Positions 30,282 to 42,304 are shown, numbered from the stretch's first letter. The stretch: 64,000 nucleotides of DNA from a candidate division WOR-3 bacterium (GCA_965649205.1 CBFGJV010000001.1:93439-157438); one strand, 5' to 3'. Program-made: numbers and translations. Notes: generated from the letters alone by a model not told the origin.

Positions 30282-31470
30282 TTGTTCATAACACATAATG
30301 ATAGCAAGAAAAACTGCATACTGCTGGCAGCATGCGTTTTGCTACTGACCGGACGGTGTGCGACTAAACCGGAAGGGCGCAATCTTCCCCCCACGGTCAT
30401 AATAACCTCTGTTCCCTACGGAATCATACCCGCTGACAGCGTAGGTGTTGCTTGGGCAGGTTATGACGGAGACGGCACCGTTGTCGGTTACTATTACAGT
30501 CTGGACAATCCCGTGCCCGATATGTGGACTACGGACACAATGGTAATGCTGCGCGGACTAAGTATGGGGCAGCATGAGTTTTTCGTTCAGGCAGTAGATG
30601 ATGCCGGCAGTCGTTCGGCTACCGCTAGCTGCGCTTTCCGCATTGAATACGACAGTCTGGTGATGCCCTTAGGCACAGATACAACCCTGGAAATCGCTAC
30701 CTGGAACATTGAAAACTTTCCCAAGGCGGGCGATTCTACCGTAATTCGGGTAAGGTCGCTTATGGCGAGACTTGACTTGGACATATATGCCATTCAGGAA
30801 ATTGCCGACACACTAGCTTTTCTGCAACTGCTTTCCGGACTTCCTGGATACGCAGGACTGTACTCGCGCGATGATTATGGTTCTTTCTATCAGAAGACAG
30901 GGGGTTGTTTACAGAACCGGGCTTATTACGATTTCTTCCGTGCGGCAGCTGTTCTGGAATGACGATTCGGTCGTCCGGCCACCGTTAGAGCTAACTGTTC
31001 AAGCAACCAACAATGGGAAGATGTTTGACTTCCGGCTGATAGTGTTGCACCTCAAAGCGGGCAGCTCTGCTAGCGACCAGGCTAAGCGCAAGACAACCTG
31101 CCGTCTCTTAAAGAATTACATTGACCAGGCTCTTAGGCAGGGACCTGAGCTGGACTTTGTTGTCGCAGGAGATTGGAACGACCTATTGGAAGACCCCCCG
31201 CAGTGGAATATATTTCAGGACTTTCTCAACGATTCAGCAAATTACCGGTTTCTTACACTACCACTGGCCGGGAATACGAGGAATGGCTCGTACATCTACA
31301 CCGGACAGCTTATCGACCACATCATGATTACAGCCGATGCGCTGGAAGAGTATGCAGAAGGGTCGACCCAAACATTGCTACTGGACGACCAAGTCAGCCG
31401 CTATACAGTCGTGGTTTCAGACCATAGACCGGTACTGGCTGTTTTCCCGGTGTTTTCTAGATATAGATAA
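30282..31470 (+). pseudogene. Frameshifted exported EEP (DNase I-like) nuclease/phosphatase with N-terminal Ig-like domain
   Basis: ATWNIENF and IQEI in ORF 30282-30962; HLKA, GDWND, IDHI, SDHRPV in ORF 30871-31470; joined by removing one G from GGGGG at 30900-30904. Confidence 0.8.
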
Positions 31471-31482
31471 TCAGCAGAAGGA

Positions 31483-31568
31483 TGCCGAAGGTGGGAGTCG
31501 AACCCACAAGTCCATCGCTGGACGGTGGATTTTGAGTCCACTGCGTCTGCCAGTTCCGCCACTTCGGC
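31483..31568 (-). tRNA. tRNA-Leu(CAA)
   Basis: GCCGAAGTGGCGGAACTGGCAGACGC-GTGGA-CT-CAA-AA-TCCAC, long variable arm, GGTTCGACTCCC. Confidence 0.95.
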
Positions 31569-31720
31569 TTAAGCCGTTTCCCTAACTCCAATTCGGATTC
31601 TAGGAGGAGGTGACTATAAGTCAAGCCCCGCAGGTGAAATTCAAGCAGATGCATAGCATAAACGGAGAACAGTTAGTTCGCATTTACCCCCGCCAGCCGG
31701 CATATTTTCCGGGACAAAGA

Positions 31721-32836
31721 CTACGATTTTCTCAAGCCGGAAAGTAAAGTGTAAAGAAAAAGCGGACGGTTTACGGGCAGGCGACAGTCCTGTAGTCGGC
31801 TTGTGAGAAAAACTATGGTCTGCTCTAGAGTTTCCAGACTGCAGCGTTCCGCTTTTGCTTTAATGGCCGCGTTACGCAGGCTGCAAACGCCCGGAATGCC
31901 TAGCTTGTACAGTAATGCCTGCCGATAAAGGAAAAGCAGGGTAAGTACTATTGTTTCCAGTGGAGTCCGACCAAGTTCATTTATTGCTGAGAGCACGGCA
32001 GCTTGATCTCGAGTTCCAAGGGAAAAGTAATTAAGCGCTGGCGTGCACAGGAATTTGTCCGGGTCATCCAGGAAACGTATAGCCCGTCCTGGCGCTCCTT
32101 CGGAAAAAACGGCTGCCAGCTCAGCTTCTTCAGCACTGATGCGTCGCGTTCTCATAAGCCAGTCTTGAACTGTTTCTGCCTTCAACGGGGAAAAACGCAC
32201 CAGACGACAACGAGAGCGAATGGTATCCAAGAGAAGCTCCGGACGATCGGTGGTCAGAATTAAGCATGTTTCGGCCTGAGGTTCTTCCAGTGTTTTCAAG
32301 AAGGCGTTGGCAGCTTCTACACCCATCCGGTCGGCCCGGACTACAATGAAGAAACGGTGGGGCGCAAACAGGGGCGGACGAGCCATCTCCCGCCGCACCC
32401 AGCGAATTGCTCCTATGGAAATGCGCTGTCGAGGGTCTGGTTCAGGCTGAATCTGAGATAGACCATAACTACCGGCGGCTGTGAGCAGGCTCTGAGCGAT
32501 ACTTTCCAAACTTTCCTCAGTACTCGTCTCTTCCTGCGCCCGTCCGCTGTCTAGAGGTACAACCAGCCTTATATCAGGGTGCCTCAAGGTAGCTATGGTG
32601 CGACAAGAGCGACAAGTTCCACACGGTCTGGTACCTTCTTCACTGCAGTTTGCCGCCTGCGCAAGCAGAAGCGCTGCCGTACGTTTGCCGGTTCCTTCCG
32701 GACCCGCAAAAAGCAGGGGTGGGAAAGTCCTACTTTGCAGGAGAGCAGTAAGAAGGCGAACAACTCGTTCTTGGCCAAGAAGGGGAAACCTGAAAAGGGC
32801 ATCTGCGGCTTGCGGGGGGCGTGCAGACGCGGACAT
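31721..32836 (-). CDS. holB: DNA polymerase III subunit delta'
   Basis: GPEGTGK, C..CGTCRSC, HPD, AANAFLKTLEEP, TIRSRC. Confidence 0.9.
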   Translation of the reverse strand: MSASARPPQAADALFRFPLLGQERVVRLLTALLQSRTFPPLLFAGPEGTGKRTAALLLAQAANCSEEGTRPCGTCRSCRTIATLRHPDIRLVVPLDSGRAQEETSTEESLESIAQSLLTAAGSYGLSQIQPEPDPRQRISIGAIRWVRREMARPPLFAPHRFFIVVRADRMGVEAANAFLKTLEEPQAETCLILTTDRPELLLDTIRSRCRLVRFSPLKAETVQDWLMRTRRISAEEAELAAVFSEGAPGRAIRFLDDPDKFLCTPALNYFSLGTRDQAAVLSAINELGRTPLETIVLTLLFLYRQALLYKLGIPGVCSLRNAAIKAKAERCSLETLEQTIVFLTSRLQDCRLPVNRPLFLYTLLSGLRKS

Positions 32837-32848
32837 AAAGAAGAACTC

Positions 32849-34036
32849 CTAGGGTTCCAGCCACTCCAGAGGATCAACGGGCTGGCCCTGTTTTCTTATT
32901 TCAAAATGGAGATAGTTCTTGGTACGCCCGAGAATGGATCCTGCAGAAAGATAGGTTCCTACTGGCGCCATACTGTCCAGATTGCCGTACAGGGTGTAAT
33001 AGCCGCTACCATGATCAACAATAACCAGACGGCCATAGCCCATAAACTGGTCAGCATATACTACCTTTCCCGGACCTGTGGCAACTACTGGTTCTCCGGG
33101 CTTGGTCTCAATATCTATGCCCGCGCTGTTGGTTCTGGTCTTGTATTGCGGATGCACCTGAGAGCCAAACCCGGTTATGATCTTTCCGCGCACGGGCCAA
33201 CGTAACTTGCCCTTGTGCTGTTCCAGATAGCTAACCGGACCTGATTCCGTACGCCGTTGTTTCTCCAGCTCTGCAATGAGGTTTTGCAGTTGCTGTTGCG
33301 CATCTTCCAGTTCCCGTTCCAGCTCTTCTTGAGCTTTTTTCTCCGAACGCACTCGGGAGAGTAAAAGCGATTCTGCCTGTCGGGACGCAACCAGGGCTTC
33401 TTGTTCTTTCATACGCTCGCCACGCAGAATCTCCAGTTCGGCCCTTGCCGCCTGCAAACGCTCCCTTTCTTGAGACTGGCGCACGAGTAATTGTCGGAGT
33501 TCCTCTGCCAGTCGGCGATCGGCACGAGCCAGCCAACGCAGACGCAGAATTCTGCGGAAAAGTTCGGCGGCATCGGTTGCAGACATTGCCGCCTGTAGCC
33601 GCATCAGCAGACCGTACTTATAGAGAGTAAGCAGTCTTTCTGACAGAAGTTTCTGCCGAACTGCTATTTCTGCGGCTGTCTGTTCGGAAAGACGCGCTAC
33701 CTGAGTTATTTCTTCGGTTCGTGCCGCAAGCTGAGCGTCCAGACGGCCTAAGTAGTTCTGCAGCAATCGTACCTGTTCCTGATAGGTTTCCAACCGCTCC
33801 AGACTCACCTTTTCGCTTTTCTGCAGCTCCTGAAGTCTTTGCCGGGTTGCTTCCAGTTGCTGCCGGGTTGCTTTGAGTTCACGTTGGCGCTTGTCAATCT
33901 CCTGTTCAAGAACGGAAAGGTCTGTCCCTATTGCAACGAATACCATTATCAGCGGCATCATCCATAGAAGGGATGGGCGAGGACATAACTTGCAGCTAGG
34001 AAGAGGATAACCACGCGCACAGAAAACAGGTTTCAT
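32849..34036 (-). CDS. envC: Murein hydrolase activator EnvC-like (coiled coil plus M23 domain)
   Basis: Long coiled coil; WPVRG, GIDI, YGRLVIVDHG, LHFEIR; follows ftsX. Confidence 0.85.
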   Translation of the reverse strand: MKPVFCARGYPLPSCKLCPRPSLLWMMPLIMVFVAIGTDLSVLEQEIDKRQRELKATRQQLEATRQRLQELQKSEKVSLERLETYQEQVRLLQNYLGRLDAQLAARTEEITQVARLSEQTAAEIAVRQKLLSERLLTLYKYGLLMRLQAAMSATDAAELFRRILRLRWLARADRRLAEELRQLLVRQSQERERLQAARAELEILRGERMKEQEALVASRQAESLLLSRVRSEKKAQEELERELEDAQQQLQNLIAELEKQRRTESGPVSYLEQHKGKLRWPVRGKIITGFGSQVHPQYKTRTNSAGIDIETKPGEPVVATGPGKVVYADQFMGYGRLVIVDHGSGYYTLYGNLDSMAPVGTYLSAGSILGRTKNYLHFEIRKQGQPVDPLEWLEP

Positions 34037-34899
34037 CAGCGCAAACGATTTAGGGCCAGACGAGAGCCAATTAGACCCAGAAGACAGCCCAATCCCGGCA
34101 TAGCCACCAACAAAGCATGCAAGGGCAATTCTATAGCAGGCAGTATCAGAGAAGTTACTTTTCCCATAATCCAGACGACTATGAAGGCGATGCTGCCGGC
34201 AAGAATACCTTGGGCAGTACCCTCGAGCAAAAAGGGAGTATCTACCGTGAGACGGTCAGCCCCAACCAGTTCCATTATCTCAATCTCCCTGCGCCGCGCA
34301 GAGAGGGAAGCGTCTACTGTCTGGAAAACAACGAAGGCTACAGCAAGGGACACTATGGCGAGAAGAATAAGTCCTGTCCACAACGCTGCCTGCACCAAAC
34401 GATTGAGTCGGACTAAGGTCTCCTGACCGGACCACACTTCCGCCACTCCGGGTAAGAGTGTAATCTTTCTTTCCAGTTCCTTGAGAACCGCGGTGTTTAT
34501 GCCCGGCTGCAACGTTATGCGGATCGAGGCGGGGAGGGGGTTGGCTTCAAGCGCGGTAGCTAGAGCCGAGTCCATACCTAATTCTGTTTTGAGTTCTGCG
34601 AGAGCGTCTTCTTGAGAAACGAATGTCGTCTGAACTACCCCGGTTAGGCACCGAATACGATTCTCTACTGCGACGGCGTCGGCATCATCAGAAAGAAAGG
34701 CGTGAAGTTCGATTCGACGCGTTGCGCTGCGCGCTACAACCATCACATTGTGCGCCAGAACTGCAAACAGGCCGAGCATCGTAAGACATACGGCCTGAAC
34801 CGAGCAGGAAAGGAGAAAGGTGACGATGTGGTGGCGTATTCCGCGGCCAGTTTCGACAAGCAGGTACTTAGCCCGCATCGCGTACGATCCTCCCTGCAT
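34036..34899 (-). CDS. ftsX: Cell division permease FtsX
   Basis: NPLPAS, RRREIEIMELVGA, PFLLEG. Confidence 0.9.
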   Translation of the reverse strand: MQGGSYAMRAKYLLVETGRGIRHHIVTFLLSCSVQAVCLTMLGLFAVLAHNVMVVARSATRRIELHAFLSDDADAVAVENRIRCLTGVVQTTFVSQEDALAELKTELGMDSALATALEANPLPASIRITLQPGINTAVLKELERKITLLPGVAEVWSGQETLVRLNRLVQAALWTGLILLAIVSLAVAFVVFQTVDASLSARRREIEIMELVGADRLTVDTPFLLEGTAQGILAGSIAFIVVWIMGKVTSLILPAIELPLHALLVAMPGLGCLLGLIGSRLALNRLR

Positions 34900-35599
34900 C
34901 CAGTGTAACGCACCGCCGGTGAGAATTCAGCGCCAATTCTGCATCGTGGGTACACATTAGTACAGTCGTGCCCCGGTAGTTTATATCCTTGAGGAGATTA
35001 AGAATATCCGCGGACCCTCTAGGATCGATATTGCCTGTGGGTTCATCCGCTAGAAGCAGTTCCGGTTCCTTCACCAAGGCACGGGCTATAGACACCTTCT
35101 GCTGTTCACCGCCGGACAATTCGTGAGGATAGGCATCGCGGCGATGAGCTATACCAAGCTGTACCAGCGTTTCCTGAATGCGCTGGGGAATATGACGCGT
35201 ATCAATTCCCAGCGCCTGCAAGACAAACTCCAGATTCTCGTATACCGTACGGTCGGAGAGAAGCTTGAAGTCCTGAAAGATTACACCAATACGCCGGCGC
35301 AGCGCTGGTATCTCCTTGCGAGTGATGCGGTTGAGGTTGTAACCCAGGACAGAAATTCGCCCGTTATCGGGAAACTCCGCACAATAGAGAAGCCGCAGCA
35401 GGGTCGTCTTTCCCGCGCCGGTTGCCCCCAGAACGAAGACAAAGTCGCCTCTTTCCACCCGAAAGCTTACATCTGTGAGTGCAGGCCAGGAATGGCGATA
35501 AAACTTTGAGACCCCTTCCAGCTCGATAGCTGGCTCAGACGTGTGCTGATACGACTCAAGCATTGGAAAACCCGATGCAAGCAAACGGTTGAAGGTCAA
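34868..35599 (-). CDS. ftsE: Cell division ATPase FtsE (start uncertain, possibly 35563)
   Basis: [39 protein letters not shown]. Confidence 0.92.
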   Translation of the reverse strand: MTFNRLLASGFPMLESYQHTSEPAIELEGVSKFYRHSWPALTDVSFRVERGDFVFVLGATGAGKTTLLRLLYCAEFPDNGRISVLGYNLNRITRKEIPALRRRIGVIFQDFKLLSDRTVYENLEFVLQALGIDTRHIPQRIQETLVQLGIAHRRDAYPHELSGGEQQKVSIARALVKEPELLLADEPTGNIDPRGSADILNLLKDINYRGTTVLMCTHDAELALNSHRRCVTLDAGRIVRDAG

Positions 35600-35611
35600 A
35601 CGGTTGAAGGT
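35582..35611. repeat. Perfect 15-bp tandem duplication
   Basis: CAAACGGTTGAAGGT twice. Confidence 0.85.
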
Positions 35612-35749
35612 AAGTGTCTGTATAGAAATTGGGCATCGTTCTGCCTGACTTTGCAGATACTACGGAAAAAACCGCAGCTGGCAACCTGCAGGAAGAAGAG
35701 GGCAAAGCCCCGCTCACGGGTAGAGGGCAAGTTTTCTCTTGCTTTTTCT

Positions 35750-36412
35750 TTAGGAAAAATACCACTTCAACAAAGTAAAGCAAGCTATTACACCATCCTT
35801 GGGTCCTATCTTTTTTCCTTCCCGGCGTGCCCGATAGGTGATAGGTACTTCCACGATACGTGCTCTCATGCGGAGGAGCTTGGCCGCGATCTCAGGTTCA
35901 ATATCAAAACGATTTGCCGTCAACTTCAGACGCCTGAAAAGAGAGAGTCTTACTGCCTTGTAACAAGTTTCCATATCGGTAAGCCGTCCTGCGAAAAGCA
36001 GATCAGTCAGAAAAGTGAGAAAATAATTGGCCGCTAGGCTCAGAGGGAGAAACTTATTGGCTTTAAGAAATCTGGAGCCAAAGACAGCATCAACCGTGGG
36101 GTCACGGAAAGGCGCAAGCAGTCGAGGATATTCAGCCGGTTCATATTCCAGGTCGGCATCCTGAATAATTGCAACTTCTCCGGTGGCAACAGCAAGAGCT
36201 GTCCGAATACTCGCACCCTTGCCCTGGTTCTTTTCGTGGTGGAGAATTCTTATTCCGGGGATAGTCTTGAGTATTTCCAGGGTGCGGTCAGTTGAACAGT
36301 CATCTACAACGATTACTTCCTTGTCAACCGGAACCTGCCGCACCCGAGCCAGAACCCTGGCTACGGATTTTTCTTCATTGTACACTGGTACAAGAACGGA
36401 GAGGTCTGGCAT
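35750..36412 (-). CDS. GT2 glycosyltransferase (DPM1-like)
   Basis: PVYNE, DDCSTD, NQGKG, QDADLEY, DMETCYK. Confidence 0.92.
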   Translation of the reverse strand: MPDLSVLVPVYNEEKSVARVLARVRQVPVDKEVIVVDDCSTDRTLEILKTIPGIRILHHEKNQGKGASIRTALAVATGEVAIIQDADLEYEPAEYPRLLAPFRDPTVDAVFGSRFLKANKFLPLSLAANYFLTFLTDLLFAGRLTDMETCYKAVRLSLFRRLKLTANRFDIEPEIAAKLLRMRARIVEVPITYRARREGKKIGPKDGVIACFTLLKWYFS

Positions 36413-36432
36413 ATGTCATTCCCAGTACTGCT

Positions 36433-37413
36433 TCAGTCGGACCCCAGTCGACCGGTATCTGGGCGCATGTCCAACAAAGGTTTTTGGGCTGGACGCCGAA
36501 ACCACGAAACGGTAATACGCAATCCTTCTTCTAGGTCGACCAAAGGTTTCCAGCCCAGTAATTTCGTGGCTTTACTGATGTCTGGCTTGCGTCTTCGCGG
36601 GTCGTCACTGAGCCGGGGTAGAAACTGAACCCGATTTTTGCAGCCAGTTAATTTTCTGAGTATACGTACGAGCTGCAGTATGCTGAACTCGCAGGGGTTA
36701 CCCAGATTTACCGGCTGCGGATCTGAGCAGAAAATAAGACGATACAATCCTTCGACCATATCCGAAACAAAACAGAAACTGCGAGTTTGTCTGCCTGAGC
36801 CGTATACGGTGAATGGTTCATCGTTCAGGGCTTGACGGATGAAATTGGGGATTACCCGTCCGTCGTCAAGTTTCATGCGCGGTCCATAGGTATTAAAGAT
36901 TCTGGCTATTCTGGTTGGCATTCCGTAATGGCGGTGGTACGCCATAGTCAAGGACTCGGCAAACCGTTTGGCTTCGTCGTACACAGAACGTACACCCACC
37001 GGATTCACATTGCCCCAGTAACCCTCAGACTGGGGATGAACCAGAGGGTCGCCGTACACCTCTGAGGTAGAAGCCAGCACGAATATCGCCTTTTTCCTTC
37101 TGCACATTTCCAGCAGATTTTGGGTCCCGTGCGAACCCGCAGCCAAAGTCTCCAGCGGCAAAGAAAAGTAGTCCTTGGGTGAAGCCGGGGAAGCCAGATG
37201 GAACACAATTTCCACAGAATTGCGCACAGGAATGGCTTTCGTCACGTCCGCCCTTATGAAGCGGAAGAGGGGATGAGGGAGTAGATGAGATATGTTCTGG
37301 CGTCGGCCGGTTACCAGGTTATCAACGCATAAAACTTCGTGTCCCCGCGCTATCAGGTAATCACACAGATGGGAACCGAGGAAACCCGCACCGCCGGCTA
37401 CCAGTACCCTCAC
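36433..37413 (-). CDS. UDP-glucuronate decarboxylase (UXS-like SDR)
   Basis: GGAGFLGSH, HLASPASP, ASTSEVYGDP, YWGNVNP, YDEAKR. Confidence 0.92.
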   Translation of the reverse strand: MRVLVAGGAGFLGSHLCDYLIARGHEVLCVDNLVTGRRQNISHLLPHPLFRFIRADVTKAIPVRNSVEIVFHLASPASPKDYFSLPLETLAAGSHGTQNLLEMCRRKKAIFVLASTSEVYGDPLVHPQSEGYWGNVNPVGVRSVYDEAKRFAESLTMAYHRHYGMPTRIARIFNTYGPRMKLDDGRVIPNFIRQALNDEPFTVYGSGRQTRSFCFVSDMVEGLYRLIFCSDPQPVNLGNPCEFSILQLVRILRKLTGCKNRVQFLPRLSDDPRRRKPDISKATKLLGWKPLVDLEEGLRITVSWFRRPAQKPLLDMRPDTGRLGSD

Positions 37414-38699
37414 CTGCCTACCCCTATGTAAGTGAAACCAAGCTTCTCGACCTCCTTACGCTCGAAAATGTTTCTTCCATCACAGATAATCGGCACCCGC
37501 ATGCTCTTCTTGATGGCAGCCAAATCTAGCTCCTTGAATTCCGGCCACTCAGTCAATATGGCAAGCAGGTCAGCCTCCTCGGCTACTTCTTCCGCTCTAC
37601 GACAGTATTGTATGCTGGGGATAATCTGCCGGGCCCGTTCCATGGCTTTGGGATCATAGGCGCGGATGCGCGCCCCTTTCTGCAAAAGCTCGTTTATGAT
37701 GTCTATGGATGGAGCGAACCTCATATCGTCAGTGTTCGGCTTAAAAGCAAGTCCAAGTACACCAATGTTCTTGTCGGCCAGGTTCCAGAGTGCGCTCTGT
37801 ATCTTGCGCACGAAGCGACGTTTCATATCTGCATTTATGTTCTCCACTTCGCGCAAAAGCGCAAAATCGTAGCCAAGCTCTGCGGCTATGCGAATAAAGG
37901 CACGTAAGTCTTTGGGAAAGCAGAAGCCTCCGTAGCCTATACCGGCAGCAAGAAAATCCGGACCGATACGTCTGTCCATTCCTACACCTTGGGTGACCAG
38001 TCTGACATCAGCTCCTGTCGCTTCGCATATGACCGAAAGAGCATTAGCGAAAGATATCTTCATTGCCAAGAAAGCGTTGGAAGCATGTTTGATAAGTTCA
38101 GCCGAAGCCAAGTCAGTAAAGATGATAGGGGCTTTGATGGGCGCATAGAGTTCCTTCAGAAGTTCGCGCGCCCGTGCGGTTTCGCAACCTATGACAATGC
38201 GGTCAGGATGAAGAAAATCTTGCACCGCTGAACCTTCGCGCAAAAACTCCGGGTTGGAGGCAACATCAAAAGGCGTAGCTGCCCGGTTGTAACGCTCTAT
38301 AGTGGTCTTTACCCACCGATGCGTCTGCACCGGTACAGTTGACTTCTCCACGATGAGGCGGTAACCGGACATATTGGCGGCTATTTCCCTGCAAACATGT
38401 TCCACCGAAGTCAAATCGGGTTCGCCATTTTCAAGAGTGGGGGTTCCGACCGCGATGAAGCAAATGTCCGTAGAACGGACCGCTTCGCCTATTTGATTGG
38501 TAAAACTCAGACGACCGGCCTTTACGGTTCCTTGGACAATCTCCAGCAACCCCGGTTCATAAATAGGCAACTGGCCGCGCTGAAGGGTCCGGATTTTTTC
38601 CTCGTCGTTGTCTACACAAACGACCTGATGGCCAATATGTGCCAGACAAGCACCACTGGTAAGGCCGACATATCCTGCCCCTATCATAGCAATTTTCAT
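37410..38699 (-). CDS. ugd: UDP-glucose 6-dehydrogenase
   Basis: GAGYVG, KSTVP, NPEFLREG, GGFCFPKD, FKPNTDD. Confidence 0.95.
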   Translation of the reverse strand: MKIAMIGAGYVGLTSGACLAHIGHQVVCVDNDEEKIRTLQRGQLPIYEPGLLEIVQGTVKAGRLSFTNQIGEAVRSTDICFIAVGTPTLENGEPDLTSVEHVCREIAANMSGYRLIVEKSTVPVQTHRWVKTTIERYNRAATPFDVASNPEFLREGSAVQDFLHPDRIVIGCETARARELLKELYAPIKAPIIFTDLASAELIKHASNAFLAMKISFANALSVICEATGADVRLVTQGVGMDRRIGPDFLAAGIGYGGFCFPKDLRAFIRIAAELGYDFALLREVENINADMKRRFVRKIQSALWNLADKNIGVLGLAFKPNTDDMRFAPSIDIINELLQKGARIRAYDPKAMERARQIIPSIQYCRRAEEVAEEADLLAILTEWPEFKELDLAAIKKSMRVPIICDGRNIFERKEVEKLGFTYIGVGR

Positions 38700-38854
38700 G
38701 GGGCAACTATAAACTATCAGAAGTGGTAGTCAAGGAGCTTATAGCTAGCCAGCTTCATTCGAAAAGGTTTGCGCCCCGAGATTCTCCGACTTCGGAAATT
38801 ACAGACCGGTAACTAACCGTCTAATTTACTGGTGGTTAGAAACTCATAGGCTTG

Positions 38855-39033
38855 CCAGAAAGTTGGGGTCAGTCAATAGTGACGCTGTGCTAACCTGTGT
38901 TATCTCAAAGTGTTGGCTTCGACTGATGGCCATCTCTATTGACTCTCAGGGGTCGCCCCCTGGGTGGCCGCCACCGTCAGCTTGAATAGAACATATATGT
39001 TTCCTGCCGTTCTCGGCCTTGACTGTAGTCTGG
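38855..39033 (+). ncRNA. Candidate structured ncRNA with 6S-like rod architecture
   Basis: Nested pairings CCAGA/TCTGG, CAGTCAA/TTGACTG, TTCGA/TTGAA, CTGATGG/CCGTCAG, CTCAGGGG/CCCCTGGG with a large unpaired centre; G-U pairs favour the + strand. Confidence 0.4.
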
Positions 39034-39050
39034 TGGGATTAGATCGGCTG

Positions 39051-40508
39051 CTAGCTCGTTGGGGCGGTTTCGTCTCCAAAGGCTCGGCGGACAACGCTCT
39101 GGTTCGGCGGAGGTGTGAACAAGGTGACAACTAGCATACTTATCAAGCTCGCGACCAATCCGGGAATGAAGCCGTGAATCCTGAATGGATTTCGCAGTGC
39201 CATCCAGGCAAGCGCTGTGACGCAGCCTGAGACCATTGCCGCCAGAACACCGGCTGCGCTCAAGCGACGCCAATACAATCCGAGAAGATAGGGCCAGAGT
39301 GTGGTAGAAGAAATAGCAGCCCAGGAAAAGCCGGTTATGACCAATATCATCGCCGGCGGTTTGAGTGCGATACCTACGGCGGCCAGACCAATGACTACAG
39401 AAACAAGCCGGGAAATCTTCACCTCTTGCCTAGACTCCAGCTGGACGCCAAGACTGTCACGTACCACGTCTTTTACCAGGGAGCTGACGGTGACTAGGAG
39501 TACAGCGGCAAAGGTGGACATACCTGCAGCAATAACCGCCGCAAGAAATACTGCCGAAGCTAGAGGTGGCATAACCGTTTTTACCAGAGTGGGTATGGCT
39601 TTGTCTGCGGCCGCCAAATCCGGAAACAGAACACGGGTGAGTGCACCGTTGAAGTAGGGGAGGAGAGCAACCGCTCCTCCTGTGGTGGCAAGTACAGTAC
39701 CCAGTTTCAACACTCGCTCCCGGCTGATGGAATAGAACCGGGTGACTAGTTGAGGCATTCCCCATACACCCAGACTTACGATTAAAGCATAGGAGACTAG
39801 TCCCGGCCAGCCCCAGATACCTGGCGTGGCCACATACCGCCCAGAGTCGAACTCGGCCAAGCGGGAAAGCGCTTGTGGCAAACCACCAATCCTTGTTAGC
39901 GTCAAAACTGTCAGCAGTACGAGACCGAATATCATTATCACGCCTTGCAGAAAACCGGTCCAGACCACCGCCACGTAGCCGCCTAATGCCACATACACGA
40001 TAATAACAAGTGCGGAGATGAGGACACCCCATACATAATCCACGCCTACGAGCACCTCAAAGGCGTTGCCCATTCCCTGTACTACCGAAACGCTGTAGAC
40101 AATGAGAAATAAAGAAACAACCAGAGCAGAAATGAGGCGTGCAGCTGGGGAGGCAAAGCGCCGGGCGAAGAATTCGGGCATGGTAATGGCGTTCAGTCGG
40201 CTGGTCATCTGTCGCGTACGCGCGCCGAGCACTATCCACGCTAGTAGAGTGCCAACCACCACATTAGTGGCAGCAATCCAGAGCGTAGCCAGCCCATACT
40301 TGTATCCAAATCCGCCGCCTCCGATGATGACGACCGAACTGTAGTAAGCAGCCACAAATGAGAAGGCGGTAACCCAAGCACCAATCGAACGTTCGCCCAG
40401 ATAGAATCCTGCCGCGGACCTGGCTCGTTTGCGAGAAACAAGGCCGATTGCGAAAAGCGCTGCTAGATAGGCAGCAAGAACTAGAAGATGGATAGTGACC
40501 GAGCCCAT
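39051..40508 (-). CDS. Sodium:solute symporter (PanF/PutP-like)
   Basis: About 13 TMs; FYLGER, TMPEFF..RF, Y..LGG..AVVWT..LQG, GMPQ...RF. Confidence 0.92.
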   Translation of the reverse strand: MGSVTIHLLVLAAYLAALFAIGLVSRKRARSAAGFYLGERSIGAWVTAFSFVAAYYSSVVIIGGGGFGYKYGLATLWIAATNVVVGTLLAWIVLGARTRQMTSRLNAITMPEFFARRFASPAARLISALVVSLFLIVYSVSVVQGMGNAFEVLVGVDYVWGVLISALVIIVYVALGGYVAVVWTGFLQGVIMIFGLVLLTVLTLTRIGGLPQALSRLAEFDSGRYVATPGIWGWPGLVSYALIVSLGVWGMPQLVTRFYSISRERVLKLGTVLATTGGAVALLPYFNGALTRVLFPDLAAADKAIPTLVKTVMPPLASAVFLAAVIAAGMSTFAAVLLVTVSSLVKDVVRDSLGVQLESRQEVKISRLVSVVIGLAAVGIALKPPAMILVITGFSWAAISSTTLWPYLLGLYWRRLSAAGVLAAMVSGCVTALAWMALRNPFRIHGFIPGLVASLISMLVVTLFTPPPNQSVVRRAFGDETAPTS

Positions 40509-40509
40509 C

Positions 40510-40620
40510 TTAGTCCTTCAATTTGACGGTGATAGCCCAGATAATGGCGACAACTATGGCGGCCGCCACTACAAGCAGAGCCGCGAAGGTCGGCCAAGGG
40601 CATCCAAAGGGACCACTCAC
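40510..40620 (-). CDS. 36-aa single-TM protein, probable symporter accessory subunit
   Basis: GTG...TAA encoding MSGPFGCPWPTFAALLVVAAAIVVAIIWAITVKLKD; stop 1 nt before the symporter ATG; promoter 6 nt upstream. Confidence 0.7.
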   Translation of the reverse strand: MSGPFGCPWPTFAALLVVAAAIVVAIIWAITVKLKD

Positions 40621-40816
40621 GGCGGAATCATATTCATGACGACTACAGGTGTCAAATGCGCAAGGCAGAACAGGAGCCGCACTCCGATTGCGATTTTTGG
40701 GCTGGTGGTTGTGCTACCGCTGTGCCATTGACAGCCTTTGATACAGGTCTAGAATGCATTATGGTAGCGTCAGTTTCGTTATCTGTTAGCCCCACCTGTA
40801 GGCAGTTTCTTAATAG

Positions 40817-42304
<1,488 letters not shown>

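Noticed and set aside
35556..35783. 75-aa ORF between GT2 and ftsE
   Set aside because: Overlaps both neighbours and has non-protein-like composition
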